A stretch of 64,000 nucleotides of DNA from assembly GCA_964016885.1 (NCBI GenBank), contig OZ024746.1, positions 96,534,001-96,598,000 on the forward strand, in the 5' to 3' direction. Made by a program: the position numbers and the translations under genes. The notes beneath the pieces were generated by a model. It did no database searches. It saw only the letters and a list, made by a program, of their open reading frames with translations, and was not told where the DNA came from. Below are positions 37,894 through 60,745 of this stretch, piece after piece (positions within the stretch are counted from its first letter, which is position 1; the number at the start of each line of letters is the position of its first letter). This DNA comes from Eledone cirrhosa. Its lineage: Eukaryota.

Positions 37894-39349
37894 ACATCAT
37901 TGATCAGAATGTTTTCATAGGATTTCTTTTAAGGTATATAAAAATAATGGTTCTTGGTTAGTTTCTTGCTTTGTTGCTAACTTATTACAAATATACTGCA
38001 CTAGCACTTCAACGAGTGTTCCAATTGAACTAATCAATGGAACGGCCTGCTCATAAAATTAACATGGAAGTGGCTGAGCATTCCACAGACACATGTACTT
38101 TTAATGTAGTTCTCAGGAAGATTCAGCATGACACAGAATATAACAAGGCTGGCCCTTCGAAATACAGACACAACTCATTTTTGCCAGTTTAGTGAGCTGG
38201 AGCAACGTGAAATAAAGTGTCTTGTTCAAGAATACATTGCTCCACCAGGAATCGAACTCACAACCTTACAATTGCAAGCCAAATACCCTAACCACAAAGC
38301 CATGCGCCTTCACTGTTATTACAACTGTAGCATGTATACTATTAAATCTAAGGATTATTATGATCATGTGGTGAACGGACAGAGTCTCTGGGGTGTCGGA
38401 TAAAATACTTTTCTGTATTCATTCTGACTCCCTGCACTCTGAGTTCAAATCCTGCCAAAGCCAACTTAGCTTTACGTCCTTTCAAAGTCAATAAATTAAC
38501 CTTTAACACCCTGTCGGTGACAAACTATGACAATAGAATAATCTCCCCTTAATACGTAATGCATTGTCAAGGGAAGCAATTCATAAAAAAATTCAGCGTG
38601 TTAAAGGTTAAACACTGGTTCAGTACAGGGGATTGATTCTTCTCTCTCTCCCTGGGAAAAATAGACTGTGGTCAAATTTGGTGAGGGAGGGGATGTTGCC
38701 AGGAAATAAAATGCCCAAAATATGCCATATGTGATGATGATGCCCTTACGATCCCATTAGGAACTAAGGGAGCTGTACTTCGTGACAGTGTTAAGATGAA
38801 GACTGAAGTAAAAGTTAAAGTTATTGTCGTTATTTTTTTGTTTCTTTCTAAGACAGAGGTTCTCAAACTTTAGGGGTCACCGCCCCCCAACCCTATTTCC
38901 AAAGAGACCTGCCTACATGCAAATTGCAAATAATATATAATAAATAAAATCGTTAATATATGTATATATAATAAATAACAAATACTATGTGCGAATAAAT
39001 ATATATTTTTTATTTTACTATATTTATATATAATAAGTATCATTTGATATTTCATATATTATTATATCATCTCTACTGGATTTTTTTTTAAATGTGCTAA
39101 AAAAATAATCACGGCAAACTGAAGTGATAGCCAGGATTGAATATAAAGAGCCCCCCACCTCCTCACACACACGATGGTCTTCGGCAGCTTCCATCTCCTT
39201 CTTTCACAAGGCAATGATTAACTCAAGACTGCAGTAAGACAATTGTCTAAACTGCCATGCAGTGGGTTTGAACCCAAAACCACGTGGTTGTGAAACAAAC
39301 TCCATAATCACACATCCATGCCTCATTGTATATAATCACCATCTTTATC

Positions 39350-39555
39350 GTCTTCCTGCAGGGAACAGTACAAGGAGCAAGAAATAGAGGCAGATAGAAG
39401 AAGAGATGGGAGGACAACATCCCAGAATGGACAGGTATGAAGCTGGGTGCAACCATGAGGAGGGCAGAGAGGTGAGAGGAATGGAAGGAGCTGGTTGTCA
39501 GATCATCTGTGGTACCCAATGGTCCACCAGACTATGGGACAGATGGGATGAGAGA
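39350..39555 (+). pseudogene. RTE (BovB-like) 3' fragment
   Basis: FLQGTVQGARNRGR*KKRWEDNIPEWTGM motif. Confidence 0.7.
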
Positions 39556-39578
39556 GATCATTTCTATAAACACTCTAT

Positions 39579-41306
39579 AGGAAATTACAGAGGTATAAAG
39601 CTGATGAACCAGGTCATGAAAGTAACAGAAAGAGTTATAGCACAGTTGATTAGGGACCGGGTGAAACTAGACGAGATGCAATTTGGGTTTGTACCAGGAA
39701 GAGGCACCACTGATGCCCTCTTCCTTGTCAGGCAGTTACAGGAAAAGTACCTAGCTAAAAGTAAGCCACTCTAACTGGCATTCGTCGATCTTGAGAAAGC
39801 CTTTGACAGAGTTCCACGTGCTGCAATCTAGTGGGCTCTTAGAAAACTAGGAGTAGGTGAATGGCTTGTGAAAGCGGTACAAGCCATGTATAGGGGAGCA
39901 GTCAGCAAATTTAGGATTAGCAATGAGTATAGCGAGGAATTTAGCGTACAGCTTGGGGTCCACCAGGGCTCTGTTCTTAGCCCCCTCCTGTTCATCATAG
40001 TCCTGCAGGCAATAACGGAGGAGTTTAAGCCCATGGGAACTCCTGTATGCTGATGACCTCGCACTTATAGCTGAATCTATGGTAGAACTAGAGAAGAAAT
40101 TCCAAACTTGGAAGCAGAGACTAGAAAGAAAGGGTCTCAAAGTCAACATGACAAAGACTAAGGTCCTTGTAAGTAGACGAGAAAACAGAACCCAGATCCC
40201 CTCAGGGAAATGGCATTGCTCAGTATGTAGGAAAGGTGTAGGTAGGAATTCCATTCTCTGCCCCAAATGCAAACAATGGGTACACAAGAGATGTAGTGGT
40301 ATCTCAGGAAGCTTAACTAAGAATGTAGGCTTCACATGCAGCAGCTGTGCTGGGACAGCAAGCAGCAAACACCCACAGGAAACAAGTACCACCAATCTCT
40401 GGGAGGGCTCTGTAGAAACAGTAGACAGCTTCTGCTACCTAGGTGACCGAATTAGCAGCGGAGGTGGGTGTTCAGAAAGTATAATAACTAGGGTAAGAAC
40501 GGGATGGAAGAAGTTTAGGGAACTACTACCACTGCTAGCTGCAAAAGGCTTCTCCCTCAAAATGAAAGGCAGACTGTATGATGCGTGTATCCGAACAGCG
40601 ATGTTGCATGGTAGTGAGACCTGTGCGCTGAAGGTGGAAGACATACGTAGATTAGAGAGAAACGAAGCCTGCATGCTCCGATGGATGTGTAATAGTAATA
40701 TACGCGAACGACAAAGCATAAATGAATTGAGAGAGAGACTGAGCATAAGAGGAATCAAATGCTGTGTGCAGGAGAGGCGGTTGCGTTGGTATGGACATGT
40801 GATGCGTATGAAGGATGACAGCTGCATAAAAAGGTGCAGAGCACTAGAAGTCGATGGAAACCGCGGAGTGGGGAGACCCAAGATGACCTGGGATGAGGTG
40901 ATAAAAGCCGACCTTACCCAATTACACTTCTCAAAGGCGATGACACACGACCGTGACCTCTGGCGTCACGCAGTAATACAGAGTACCCGACCTCCCATGG
41001 GTACAAGCTGAAGCATATAGACAATATGCCCCCACACCCCCCACTGCAAGGTGGTCGTGGAGGTGCCACGGCAAAAAAGCACCCAGTCCACACTGTAAAG
41101 TGGCCGTGTAGGCGCCACGAAAAAGCACCCAGCACTCACTGTAAATGAGGTTGGTGTTAGGAAGGGCATCCAGCTGTAGAAATCAAGCCAAATCAGTTCC
41201 TGTATGAGCAAGGCATGGTCAGCCGACCAGACACTGCTCACAACAGGACAACCCGTCTAACCCATGCTAGCATGGAAGAACGGACGTAAAACGGTGATGA
41301 TGATGA
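39579..41306 (+). mobile_element. 5'-truncated, disrupted RTE LINE (sister of 43659-46923)
   Basis: RT region with stops and a frameshift (QFGFVPGRGTTDA, GVHQGSVLSPLLF, YADD), PHD-like finger, same 3'UTR, (GAT)n tail. Confidence 0.95.
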
Positions 41307-41345
41307 CTCCTTTAACTCTTTAGTATTCACATTACTCTATATTTA

Positions 41346-41461
41346 TTCTGAGTTCAAATCCCGCCGAGGTTAACTTTGCCTTTCATCCTTACGGGGGTCG
41401 ATAAAATAAAGTACCAGTAATACACTGGGTAATTGCTGGCCTTGTGCCAAAAGTAGAAACA
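41346..41461 (+). mobile_element. 5'-truncated S1 SINE inserted in a piggyBac-like MITE
   Basis: 15-bp TSD ATTACTCTATATTTA at 41331-41345 and 41462-41476. Confidence 0.9.
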
Positions 41462-42264
41462 ATTACTCTATATTTACTATTATATTTTCATGGTAAAGGC
41501 TTTACCTTGCATAATTATCTCACATAATATCGAATCTATGAGATTTTGATATTATTTATTTTGAGAACAACACCTTAACATCAGTTTGAGTGACCAGTTA
41601 CAGCCAGTTTCAACAGAAAAAGGTAGAGTATTCTGGCTGGTTTTGGCTGGTTTGAACACTAAAGGGTTAAAAAATAAAACTAGTTTGATAATTTTCTTTA
41701 ACATGGCAGCCACTGTTGTGTCAAAGGTTAACTATGATACAATTCACACTTCTAAAAGTGTCCCAGTTTTATACCATTTTATTTACACTTCATTAAAACT
41801 GAATCATTATTACACTTAACTAGAGCAATGGATTGGCAGAATCAGTAGAGCGTCAGACACCATTATTCACAGCATAGAGTTATACGGCCCTTGCCATTCT
41901 GAGTTCAAATCCCACTGAGGCCAACTTTGTCTTTTACTCTTCCAGATAAAATAAAGTACTAGTTAAGTGCTGAAGGTTGATATAATTGTCTTTCCTCTTC
42001 CCTCAAATTTCTGGCCTTGTGCCAATGTTAGAAAGGATTATTTCAGTTAACTCTTAATGTCCTGTACCGCTTGAGAACACATTAGCAAGACATTCTTGAA
42101 AAATACAAAACAGCATCATGATTGCATCACATAAAACTTCATGTATTTAATACAGCAATGATTGGTTTATGAGTAAATATACTATAAATATTGGAACTAG
42201 CAAACATTATTCTCCTCCTTCTTCTTCTTCATCCACTTATTCATGAGAGGATCATGGGGACAGA

Positions 42265-42445
42265 ATCCTCAAACTCTCTTTCCAGCAGGTCCTGTCAGAA
42301 GCAACCGTCTCTGACTGATCCGGCTGGATCCCCAGGAAAGACCAGCCAAGCTCATGGATGTTATCCAACCATGTTGCTCAGGGTCTACCCCTGGGTTTCC
42401 TGCCGTTTGGTTTTGCCCGTAAACAAATTTGCCCAGGTCTGGAGA
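42265..42445 (-). pseudogene. Old RTE-like LINE 3' fragment
   Basis: Minus strand AKPNGRKPRGRP*ATWLDNIHELGW..ASDRTCW. Relatives at 56870-57075, 62450-62650, 63450-63790; another RTE fragment at 58270-58530 (+). Confidence 0.65.
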
Positions 42446-42449
42446 ATTG

Positions 42450-42975
42450 TACGCTAGAGAGATTCGCCCACATTGCCCACATGTAGGGTTCTGTATGCTA
42501 GAGTGTTCTCCCACATTGCCCACATGTAGGGTTCTGTATACTAGAGAGGGTTCTCCCACATGTAGGGTTCTGTATGCTAGAGAGTGTTCTCCCACATGTA
42601 GGGTTCTGTATGCTAGAGAGTGTTCTCCCACATGTAGGGTTCTGAACGCTAGAGAGTGTTCTCCTACATTGCCCACATGTAGGGTTCTGTATACTAGAGA
42701 ATTTTCTCCCACATTGCCCACATGTAGGGTTCTGTATACTAGAGTGTTCTCCCACATGTAGGGTTCTGTACACTAGAGAGTGTTCTCCCACATGTAGCAT
42801 TCTGTATACTAGAGAGTGTTCTCCTACATTGCCCATGTCTAGGGTTCTATATACTAGAGAGTGTTCTCTCACATGTAGGGTTCTGTATGCTAGAGAGTGT
42901 TCTCCTACATTGCCCACATGTAGGATTCTGTATGCTAGAGTGTGTTCTCCTACATTGCCTATGTCTAGGCTTCTA
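42450..42975. repeat. 36/45-bp minisatellite CCCACATGTAGGGTTCTGTATRCTAGAGAGTGTTCT(+CCTACATTG)
   Basis: About 13 units, with or without a 9-bp insert. Confidence 0.92.
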
Positions 42976-43405
42976 CCCATCAGAAAACATTTTTCCAGAC
43001 ATGTATCATTGAAATGGTGAAGGTGTAGGGTGCTAATATTTATGCTTACACACACACACTAACACACACATACATACACACACTAACACACACACACACA
43101 TACACGTTTATAATGAGAAACGTAAAAGGAATTTAATTTTTTTTGTGTGTGTTTTTGAATGACTAAAATTATTTAAACTTCAACACCCGCTCTCAGATTG
43201 AAGTCACTTGCCAAACAAGTACAACCCCCAAAGTATATTATCAGTTCTTTATCAATATTGTGTGAAGGAAAGGCTGATATTTAAACTAAAACGTGGAAGG
43301 CAACAAGCCAAATATTGCCAAAACTCTAGCTCAGTTCTTCTCTATATCACTTCTGAAGCCAATTTACTATTTCTTAATATATATTTCTCTCTCGCTCTCT
43401 CTCTA

Positions 43406-43457
<52 letters not shown>

Positions 43458-43553
43458 TCAGACATGGCATCTTTAATCTAATTTCGGTAGTATATATATA
43501 TATACATGTACATATATATATATACATGTACATATATATATATATATATATAT

Positions 43554-46923
<3,370 letters not shown>

Positions 46924-47025
46924 ATATATGTATGTGTATATATATATATATGTACATGTATATATATATATGTACGTGTATATATATATATACTACCGAA
47001 ATTAGATTAAAGATGCCATGTCTGA

Positions 47026-47083
<58 letters not shown>

Positions 47084-47127
47084 TAGAGAGAGAGCGAGAG
47101 AGAAATATATATTAAGAAATAGTAAAT

Positions 47128-48107
<980 letters not shown>

Positions 48108-48693
48108 CTCCGACCTCACACACTTACACCTCTCCAAGACAATGTCACTGGACCGTGACCTTTGGCGGTACTCAGTAACAGAGAAGACCCGCCTTGCCAG
48201 TAGGCATCTCTAACAAAATACACCCCGTCCCGCCACCACCCCATCCACACCACCCCGTTCTATGTAAAGTTATGTTGGTGCCGCGCCATCCAGGCCGAAA
48301 CAAATGAGATCGTGTAGGTGTCACGACAAAAAAACACACAGTCCACGCTGTAATGTGGCCGTGTAGGCAACACGGTAAAAACCTCCCAGACCCACACTGT
48401 AAATGTGGTTGGTGTTAGGAAGGGCATCCAACTGTAGAAAACCTGCCAGACAGTCCTATGCGAGCAAGACAATCACTCTTGCCTCAAGTGGGACTACCCC
48501 CGTCCAAACCCATGCAAGCGTGGAACACGGACGTTAAACGTTGATGATGATGATGATACACATACATATATATATATATATATATACACATACATATATA
48601 TATATACATATACACATACATATATATATATACATATACACATACATATATATATATATATATATACACATACATATATATATATATATATAT

Positions 48694-48759
<66 letters not shown>

Positions 48760-48783
48760 ACATACATATATATATATATATAT

Positions 48784-48817
<34 letters not shown>

Positions 48818-48841
48818 ACATACATATATATATATATATAT

Positions 48842-48875
<34 letters not shown>

Positions 48876-48893
48876 ACATACATATATATATAT

Positions 48894-48934
<41 letters not shown>

Positions 48935-48977
48935 CATATATATATATATATATACACACATACATATATATATATAT

Positions 48978-53125
<4,148 letters not shown>

Positions 53126-53729
53126 TATATACACATACATATATGTATATATACATACATATATCAATATATATGTATGTATGTATACATACATATATCA
53201 ATATATATGTATGTAAAAGGTTAAGGGTAAGGACCTTACCCTTACAGTTGACATTAAGCTTTATCAGCTTTTGCCTTTCTCTGGTTGTTAGTTCTACAAC
53301 TCCACTGTCCACTGCAGGGTGTCCAGGGCACTTGCCCCCTTTAACCCCCCATTAAATCCAGTTCCAGGTAGGAACTGGATTTTATGGTTTTGTCAGATAT
53401 GAGTGGAGATTTTTGCCCAGTTAGAATTCTGAGAAACTTATCCAGGATGTCCATTGCTGGAACTAGAAAATTTCTTAGTGATAAGTGCCAACATGTGAGA
53501 AATATAGGGTGTCTCCCAAAAATGTATACACACTTCACCAGCATTCTAATCAAAGTGTGGAGAGGGGAGGCTGGTATGCAAGGGCAAGTGCTGGTCTTCC
53601 ATAAACAACTTTGCCCAGACTTGTGCCTTGGAGGGGAACTTCCTAGGTACAAATCTCATGGTCATTCGTGACCGAAGTGGGTCTTTACCTTTACCCTTTT
53701 ACACACACACACACACACATATATCATTT

Positions 53730-54001
53730 TTAAAAAGGTGAAAATGAAGGGGGTTGGAGGGGTGTATGGGTCCGTTTTTTATTTATTTTGATTTTCATGT
53801 TTATTTTTCATGTCCTTTCGTGTTCTTCCTGTTACCTTCCCTCCTTACTACCCTCATCACTCCTTCTCAGAGTTCCTACCTACTTTCCTTCCTGATGAAG
53901 GACTTATGTCCGAAACGTCATAACCTCCCCCACTCTCACCAAGCATGAAGCTAATAACACTATGCACCCTTGACTTCTGCGTTTGTTTGTTTGTCCTTTT
54001 G

Positions 54002-54010
<9 letters not shown>
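53730..54010 (+). mobile_element. Penelope-like 3' end with hammerhead core (family H5)
   Basis: CTGATGA-A-GGAC-TTAT-GTCC-GAAAC-GTC at 53892-53919; stem I unpaired in this copy; ends in (TA)n. Confidence 0.6.
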
Positions 54011-54034
<24 letters not shown>

Positions 54035-54042
<8 letters not shown>

Positions 54043-54100
54043 TAACAGATTGAAGTTTAAGCAAAGAATCACTGCTTTCACCCTTAATGGGATCTTCTGA
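54035..54100 (-). mobile_element. Microsatellite-embedded repeat end with hammerhead-like remnant (family H6)
   Basis: Minus strand CAGAAGA-TCCC-ATTAA-GGGT-GAAAGCAG. Copies at 8795-8870, 9018-9045, 27000-27075. Confidence 0.45.
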
Positions 54101-54643
54101 AACTATAAAAAATCAATCTGTGAACGCAGAAGTAAATATTTCGAAAAACGTTGCAACTGAAGGAAAACAGGAAGACGATACTTTGGTTCGTGAAGACGTT
54201 CCCTGGCAATGAACGGAAAAAAGCGAAGATAATACGTCGTTATGTGGAGCTATGAGAACAATTACACGCAAAGACAAAACCACGTTTATGGTATAAATGG
54301 AGTCATTAATCTAATATTCTATTTAGGAAACCGAATGATTCTCGGCTTTGGAGTTAAGAATAATGTAAATAAATTAGTAGAACGAAAATTACAGAGGTTA
54401 TTAAAATATTATTATTATTAATATATATATATCATCATCATCATCGTTTAACGTCTATCTTCCATGCTAGCATGGGTTAGATGAGTCCAATTTAGAGGCA
54501 AGTTGGGTCAGGTGAACATATCTTGCTTATATAGAGGTGTTTCTGGCAGGTTTTCTACGGCTGGATGCCCTCCCTAATGCCAACCACATTGACAGTGTGT
54601 GCTGGGTGCTTTTTGCCGTGTCTTTTACCTGTCCACTTTGCAG

Positions 54644-54677
<34 letters not shown>

Positions 54678-57279
54678 TATAAGTGGAAGCTTAGTAAAAT
54701 CGAAGCTTTGGCTGTGGCCAAGCAATGTTGACCTACAATAAGGAATGAATAGCAAAGCACTCAATAAGGGTAGGTCCTTAGAGTAATAACATTACGTTTA
54801 AATAGCTTGACAAATTGAAAATTGCGGTAGGCAAAACCCAACCATACAATACCAAAACAATGAAAGAACTAATCAGGTTATTATATTGTTTTTTTCTTTC
54901 TTCTTTTTGACAGGACACAAGAGCTTTCACGTAAATGAAAATGAAGTTAGAAGAGAGAAAAGAAGAGTTGTTGATTAACTCCCATCAGCCCTTGTTGAAG
55001 TGTTGAAGTAGACTTATGATAAAAACATTCTATCTGCAACTGTTCCATCTTTTTCCTCCCCCAGCTCACGTAGTGTCATTCATTTTTTGAAGTGCAATTT
55101 GAGTTAGTTTTAGCTGCTATTTATAGCATGTTTCATGACTACATAAAGGATATTACACCAATTCGTTGAAATCAATTTGTAGATGTATGTAGATACCTGG
55201 AACATAGTCGGTTTCAAACATTATGTAAATTATTTTCTTAGAAAGTTTGGAACTATATTAAACTAATAAAAAGACAAGGAAGTTTATATTGTTGAGTCAC
55301 GAACAGTGACAAATACAGGATGTACTGCAAAAATATATACAAACTTTGATTAGAATGCTGGTGAAGTGTGTATACATTTTTGGGAGACACCCTATATTTC
55401 TCACATGTTGGCACTTATCACTAAGAAATTTTCTAATTCCGGCAATGGACATCCTGGATAAATTTCTCAGAATTGTAACTGGGCGAAAATCTCCACTCCA
55501 TATCTGACAAAACCAGCACTCCTACCTGGAACAGGATTTAAAGGGGGCAAGTGCCCCGGACCCCCTGCAGTGGACAGTGGAGTGGTAAAACTAACAACAC
55601 ATGTATTATATTTATTTGGGCTAGGGCAGTGAAGTGGTAGAACTATAAAGATAAGGGTAAAGATGCCATAACTCCTTGTGGAGCCGTAGAGGCACTGTCA
55701 TACGGTGTGTCTATGGCACTTTTAAACCTGCCAGAGCCCAAGCCTCTCCAGGTCTGAACACTACTGATTTTTTGTATAGAGGAAGAATTGACCCCGTTAC
55801 TGGACTGGTACTTTTTTTTTATCGACCTCGAAAGGATGAAAGGTATAGTTGACTATGGTGGGATTTGAACTGAGAGCACAATGAGGTGGGACAAATACCG
55901 TAAAGCACATGGCTCAGTGGTTAGAGCATTGGCCTTGCAATCGAAAGGTTGTGAGTTCAATTCTCAGAGCGGGTGATGTGTTGTTTCCTTGAGCAAGACA
56001 CTTTATTTCACATTGCTCCAGTTTACTCAGCTGTAGAAATGAGATGATAGGGACTGGGGTCCCTATCATTCCACTGCAAAGTGGTCGTGGAGGTGCCACG
56101 ACAAAAAAGCACCCAACACTCACTGTAAATGAGGTTGGTGTTAGGAAGGGCATCCAGCTGTAGAAATCAAGCCAGAATCAGTTCCCATCCCACCCTTGCA
56201 AGCAGGGAAAAAGTGGACGTAAAATGAAATGATGATACTATCTGACGTCTTAACGACTCTGCCAATTCGCTGCATACAATAGAGAGTTGGATAAAATATT
56301 TTACAGTACTTTAGTTATGGTTCTCTACGTTTTGCATACAAAACTTGACAATGTCAACTCTGACCTTCGTCCTGTCAGGGAATTGTTAAACAAAGTACCA
56401 ATTAACTGCTGGGGCAATCAGGGCCGGATTTAATGGGCCGCAATTGCCCCACGCCCCCTGCTGTGGGGGGTCCCACCAGCGATGGCCACAGTAATTTATT
56501 TGTGCCCTCAGCTGGGCTTTTTAGGGTAGTTAGAAATTTTTAATTTAGTACCTGTATATAACTTTTCAATTCCAATTACTTATACCAAGCTAACTTTGAT
56601 ATTTAAAATTAGGGGTTTGCTGTGTATTCTAATTTTTTTTGTATGAGGGGTCCCTCCAAACATGAAGTGCCCTGGGACCCCCCAAGGTCAAAATCCAACC
56701 CTGAATGGACATCCTGGATACGTTTCACAGAATTCTAACTGGGCAAAAATCTCCACTCATATATCTGACAAAACCACCACTCCTACCTTACAAAAGCCCT
56801 ACAGGGTAATTTTGTCCGGGTGTTGGGATGAGAGCAAATTTAACTATATCTTCAAATCCAGCTTCTTCGCCCACTTATTCCTGAGAGGGTTGTGAGGGCA
56901 GAGTCCTCAAATATTCCTAAGCAACCATCTCCAACTAATCCAGCTAGATGCCCAAGCGAGACCAGCCAAGCTCATGGTTGTTATCAGGGTCTGCCTCTGG
57001 GTCTCCTGCTTTGATTTTGCCCACAAAATCTGTCCAGCGATTCTTTCCTGAGACATTCTAACCACATGTCCGTATTTACTATTTGATTGTAATTCTAAGT
57101 GAGGCCAAGTCAATTCAAAGTGAGATTAAGGCCTTCTAAATTAGAAGTGAGAATGATGATTTCTAAATGAGATTAACACAAAAAGATTTGACTCTGATAT
57201 TTTGAGAGACGAACAGAAAGCAAGAAATAACATTGAACAATGTGAACTTGTTTGGATAATTATAAATGGTTATATATAA

Positions 57280-57561
57280 GAGAGGTCCCAACCACGCGGC
57301 CGCAGACTGGTACCGCTCCGTGGATCATTTGCTACAGGGCCGCAAAGAAATAATTAATTTGTTTAATTTAAAAAAGATTTGTTTAAATATTCAATATTCA
57401 TATACTCAATACACATTTTCTTCCCTTTAATAAATTCCTCCCTTTAATACTGCTCTCTTTATCGAAATACACTTAAACAACATATATGTGCAACTACCAG
57501 TCCGCGGAAAGATTGTCCAGCATGAAGCCGGTCGGTGGTATAAAAAAGGTTGGCGACCACT
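57280..57561. mobile_element. hAT-like MITE
   Basis: GAGGTCCCAACC ... GGTTGGCGACCACTG termini. Confidence 0.6.
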
Positions 57562-58749
57562 GGTTTATAATATTTCCCATGTAATGGAGAGAATTGAGCT
57601 GATCCCCGACCATAACAATCTGAGTTAACTGCAATATTAAACATATCTGTCTGCTTTGTTCAATGTTCGCTCTATTTTGTAAGTCTCTTGGCATTAAAAA
57701 ACACTTAAAAAAACAAGCAATTTCACTCTTAAACTATTAGAAGCTACAAACCTCGTTAGATTCTATCAATGCAATATTTCTATAGAAAACGAGTTATTAC
57801 AATAATGAACAGTTTTTGTTTTGTATCTGTCATTTTCTCCAACTGATAAAGTTTTGCCTGCTCTATCTTCTCTATGAGAAGATATATTACGTTTTCGTGC
57901 CTAATTAAATCATGTTTAGCTTTTGTTGACATGACATGACATGAGCTCGCTATGGAATCACTATTCTCACTTTGAAGTGATATATACTCACTTGAAATCA
58001 TTTTTCTCACTTTGATCTGCGCTGTACTCGCATTGAAATCACTGGAGTCTCCGTGGGGTTTACAAAGTTTCTTTTTTCTTGTAATGTCTTACCTTAGGTT
58101 TATTAGGAAGCCTTGACAGTAGAGCTTGAAATAAGAAAACGAATATATCTTGTCTGATTCACTGGATTTATTGTGTGTATGACGGCAAAGACAGAGAGTT
58201 GGCTGAACGCATTCCACCAGAGGTGTCTGTGAAAGATGCTTTTATGTTTCCTGACGTGACCGAGGGCGAATCAAGGAAATCCTGTGGAAAGCTGAGTCAT
58301 GGAGTGGCAGTGCCGCCTGGCTTGCCATATTATGTGCCTGTCCAACTGGACTCCACCTGGCGACAAACGGAAGTGGGGTTGCCCCAGGATCACCTGGTGA
58401 TGAATGAACATTCCAAAAAAGACCTGATGGCAGTCAACATCACTTGGCACGAAAAAGCACCGCTGACCGTGACCATTGGTGACCACACTGCTCGATATGC
58501 TGAAAGACACAGAAGAACGTATGACTAAGACTAAGTATGTTTGGTAGGGGGATGGTGGTTTGATCAGCGACAACCCAACTGGTTGTATTGGGTTATATGT
58601 TACTAGTAGTGTTGGAGAGCGACCTGGTAACCTGATATAGTTGACTATATACGGGTTTGGGGGAACAGACATGGGCACACACCTGTGTATATTAATTTAT
58701 ATATTCAAAACCATATATTTACGACCAGACACTGTCATAACAATATCGT

Positions 58750-60522
58750 ATAACATCTCACAACTACCAGACACAACAACTATAACAACAACACCATTTA
58801 TAATAACATCTCACAACTACCAGACACAACAACTATAACAACAACACCATTTATAATAACATCTCACAACTACCAGACACAACAACTATAACACCACCAC
58901 CATTTATAATAACATCTCACAACTACCAGACACAACAACTATAACAACAACACCATTTATAATAACATCTCACAACTACCAGACACAACAACTATAACAA
59001 CACCACCATTTATAATAACATCTCACAACTACCAGACACAAAAACTATAACAACAACACCATTTATAATAACATCTCACAACTACCAGACACAACAACTA
59101 TAACAACAACACCATTTATAATAACATCTCACAACTACCAGACATAACAACTATAACAACAACACCATTTATAATAACATCTCACAACTACCAGACACAA
59201 CAACTATAACAACACCACCATTTATAATAACATCTCACAACTACCAGACACAACAACTATAACAACACCACCATTTATAATAACATCTCACAACTACCAG
59301 ACACAACAACTATAACAACACCACCATTTATAATAACATCTCACAACTACCAGACACAAAAACTATAACAACAACACCATTTATAATAACATCTCACAAC
59401 TACCAGACACAACAACTATAACAACACCACCATTTATAATAACATCTCACAACTACCAGACACAACAACTATAACAACACCACCATTTATAATAACATCT
59501 CACAACTACCAGACACAACAACTATAACAACACCACCATTTATAATAACATCTCACAACTACCAGACACAAAAACTATAACAACAACACCATTTATAATA
59601 ACATCTCACAACTACCAGACAACAACTATAACAACATCTCACAACTACCAGACACAACAACTATAACAACAACACTATTTATAATAACATCTCACAACTA
59701 CCAGACACAACAACTATAACAACACCACCATTTATAATAACATCTCACAACTACCAGACACAACAACTATAACAACACCATTTATAACATCTCACAACTA
59801 CCAGACACAACAACTATAACAACACCACCATTTATAATAACATCTCACAACTACCAGACACAACAACTTTAACAACAACACCATTTATAACATCTCACAA
59901 CTACCAGACACAACAACTATAACAACATCACCATTAATAACACCTCACAACTACCAGACACAACAACTATAACAACACCACCATTTATAATAACATCTCA
60001 CAACTACCAGACACAACAACTATAACAACAACACCATTTATAACATCTCACAACTACCAGACACAACAACTATAACAACACCACCATTTATAACATCTCA
60101 CAACTACCAAACACAACAACTATAACAACACCACCATTTATAACATCTCACAACTACCAAACACAACAACTATAACAACAACACCATTAATAACATCTCA
60201 CAACTACCAGACACAACAACTATAACAACAACACCATTTATAACAACATCTCACAACTACCAGACACAACAACTATAACAACACCACCATTTATAATAAC
60301 ATCTCACAACTACCAGACACAACAACTATAACAACACCACCATTTATAATAACATCTCACAACTACCAGACACAACAACTATAACAACATCTCACAACTA
60401 CCAGACACAACAACTATAACAACAACACCATTTATAACAACATCTCACAACTACCAGACACAACAACTATAACAACACCACCATTTATAATAACATCTCA
60501 CAACTACCAGACACAACAACTA
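58750..60522. repeat. 53-bp minisatellite ATAACATCTCACAACTACCAGACACAACAACTATAACAAC(A/C)..CCATTTATA, ~34 units
   Basis: CATCTCAC recurs every 53 bp; almost G-free on the + strand. Confidence 0.97.
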
Positions 60523-60745
60523 CAATGGTTTCTGATTTAGGTACAATGCCAACAATTTGGGGGAAGGGGAAAGTTGATTAAATCGACTCCAGTGTATTAC
60601 TGGTGCTTTATTTTAATGACCCCTATAACGATGATAGGCAAAGCTAACCTCAGCGGGATTTGAACTAGAACTTAAAGGACCGTAACTATATGCCAAAGCA
60701 TGTTGATCGACGCTCTACTAATTCTGACCACTTCTGCCAATCCCT
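60523..60745 (-). mobile_element. Full-length S1 SINE with 14-bp TSD
   Basis: AGACACAACAACTA at 60509-60522 and 60746-60759. Confidence 0.85.

Larger units (their letters stand above)
53284..55598. repeat. ~270-bp inverted repeat pair (53284-53556 / 55343-55598)
   Basis: CACTTCACCAGCATTCTAATCAAAGT vs ACTTTGATTAGAATGCTGGTGAAGTG and continuing; third partial copy at 56704-56790. Confidence 0.9.

Noticed and set aside
55911-55985. tRNA gene
   Set aside because: A/B boxes are present but no full cloverleaf, and it continues into a multi-copy SINE body.
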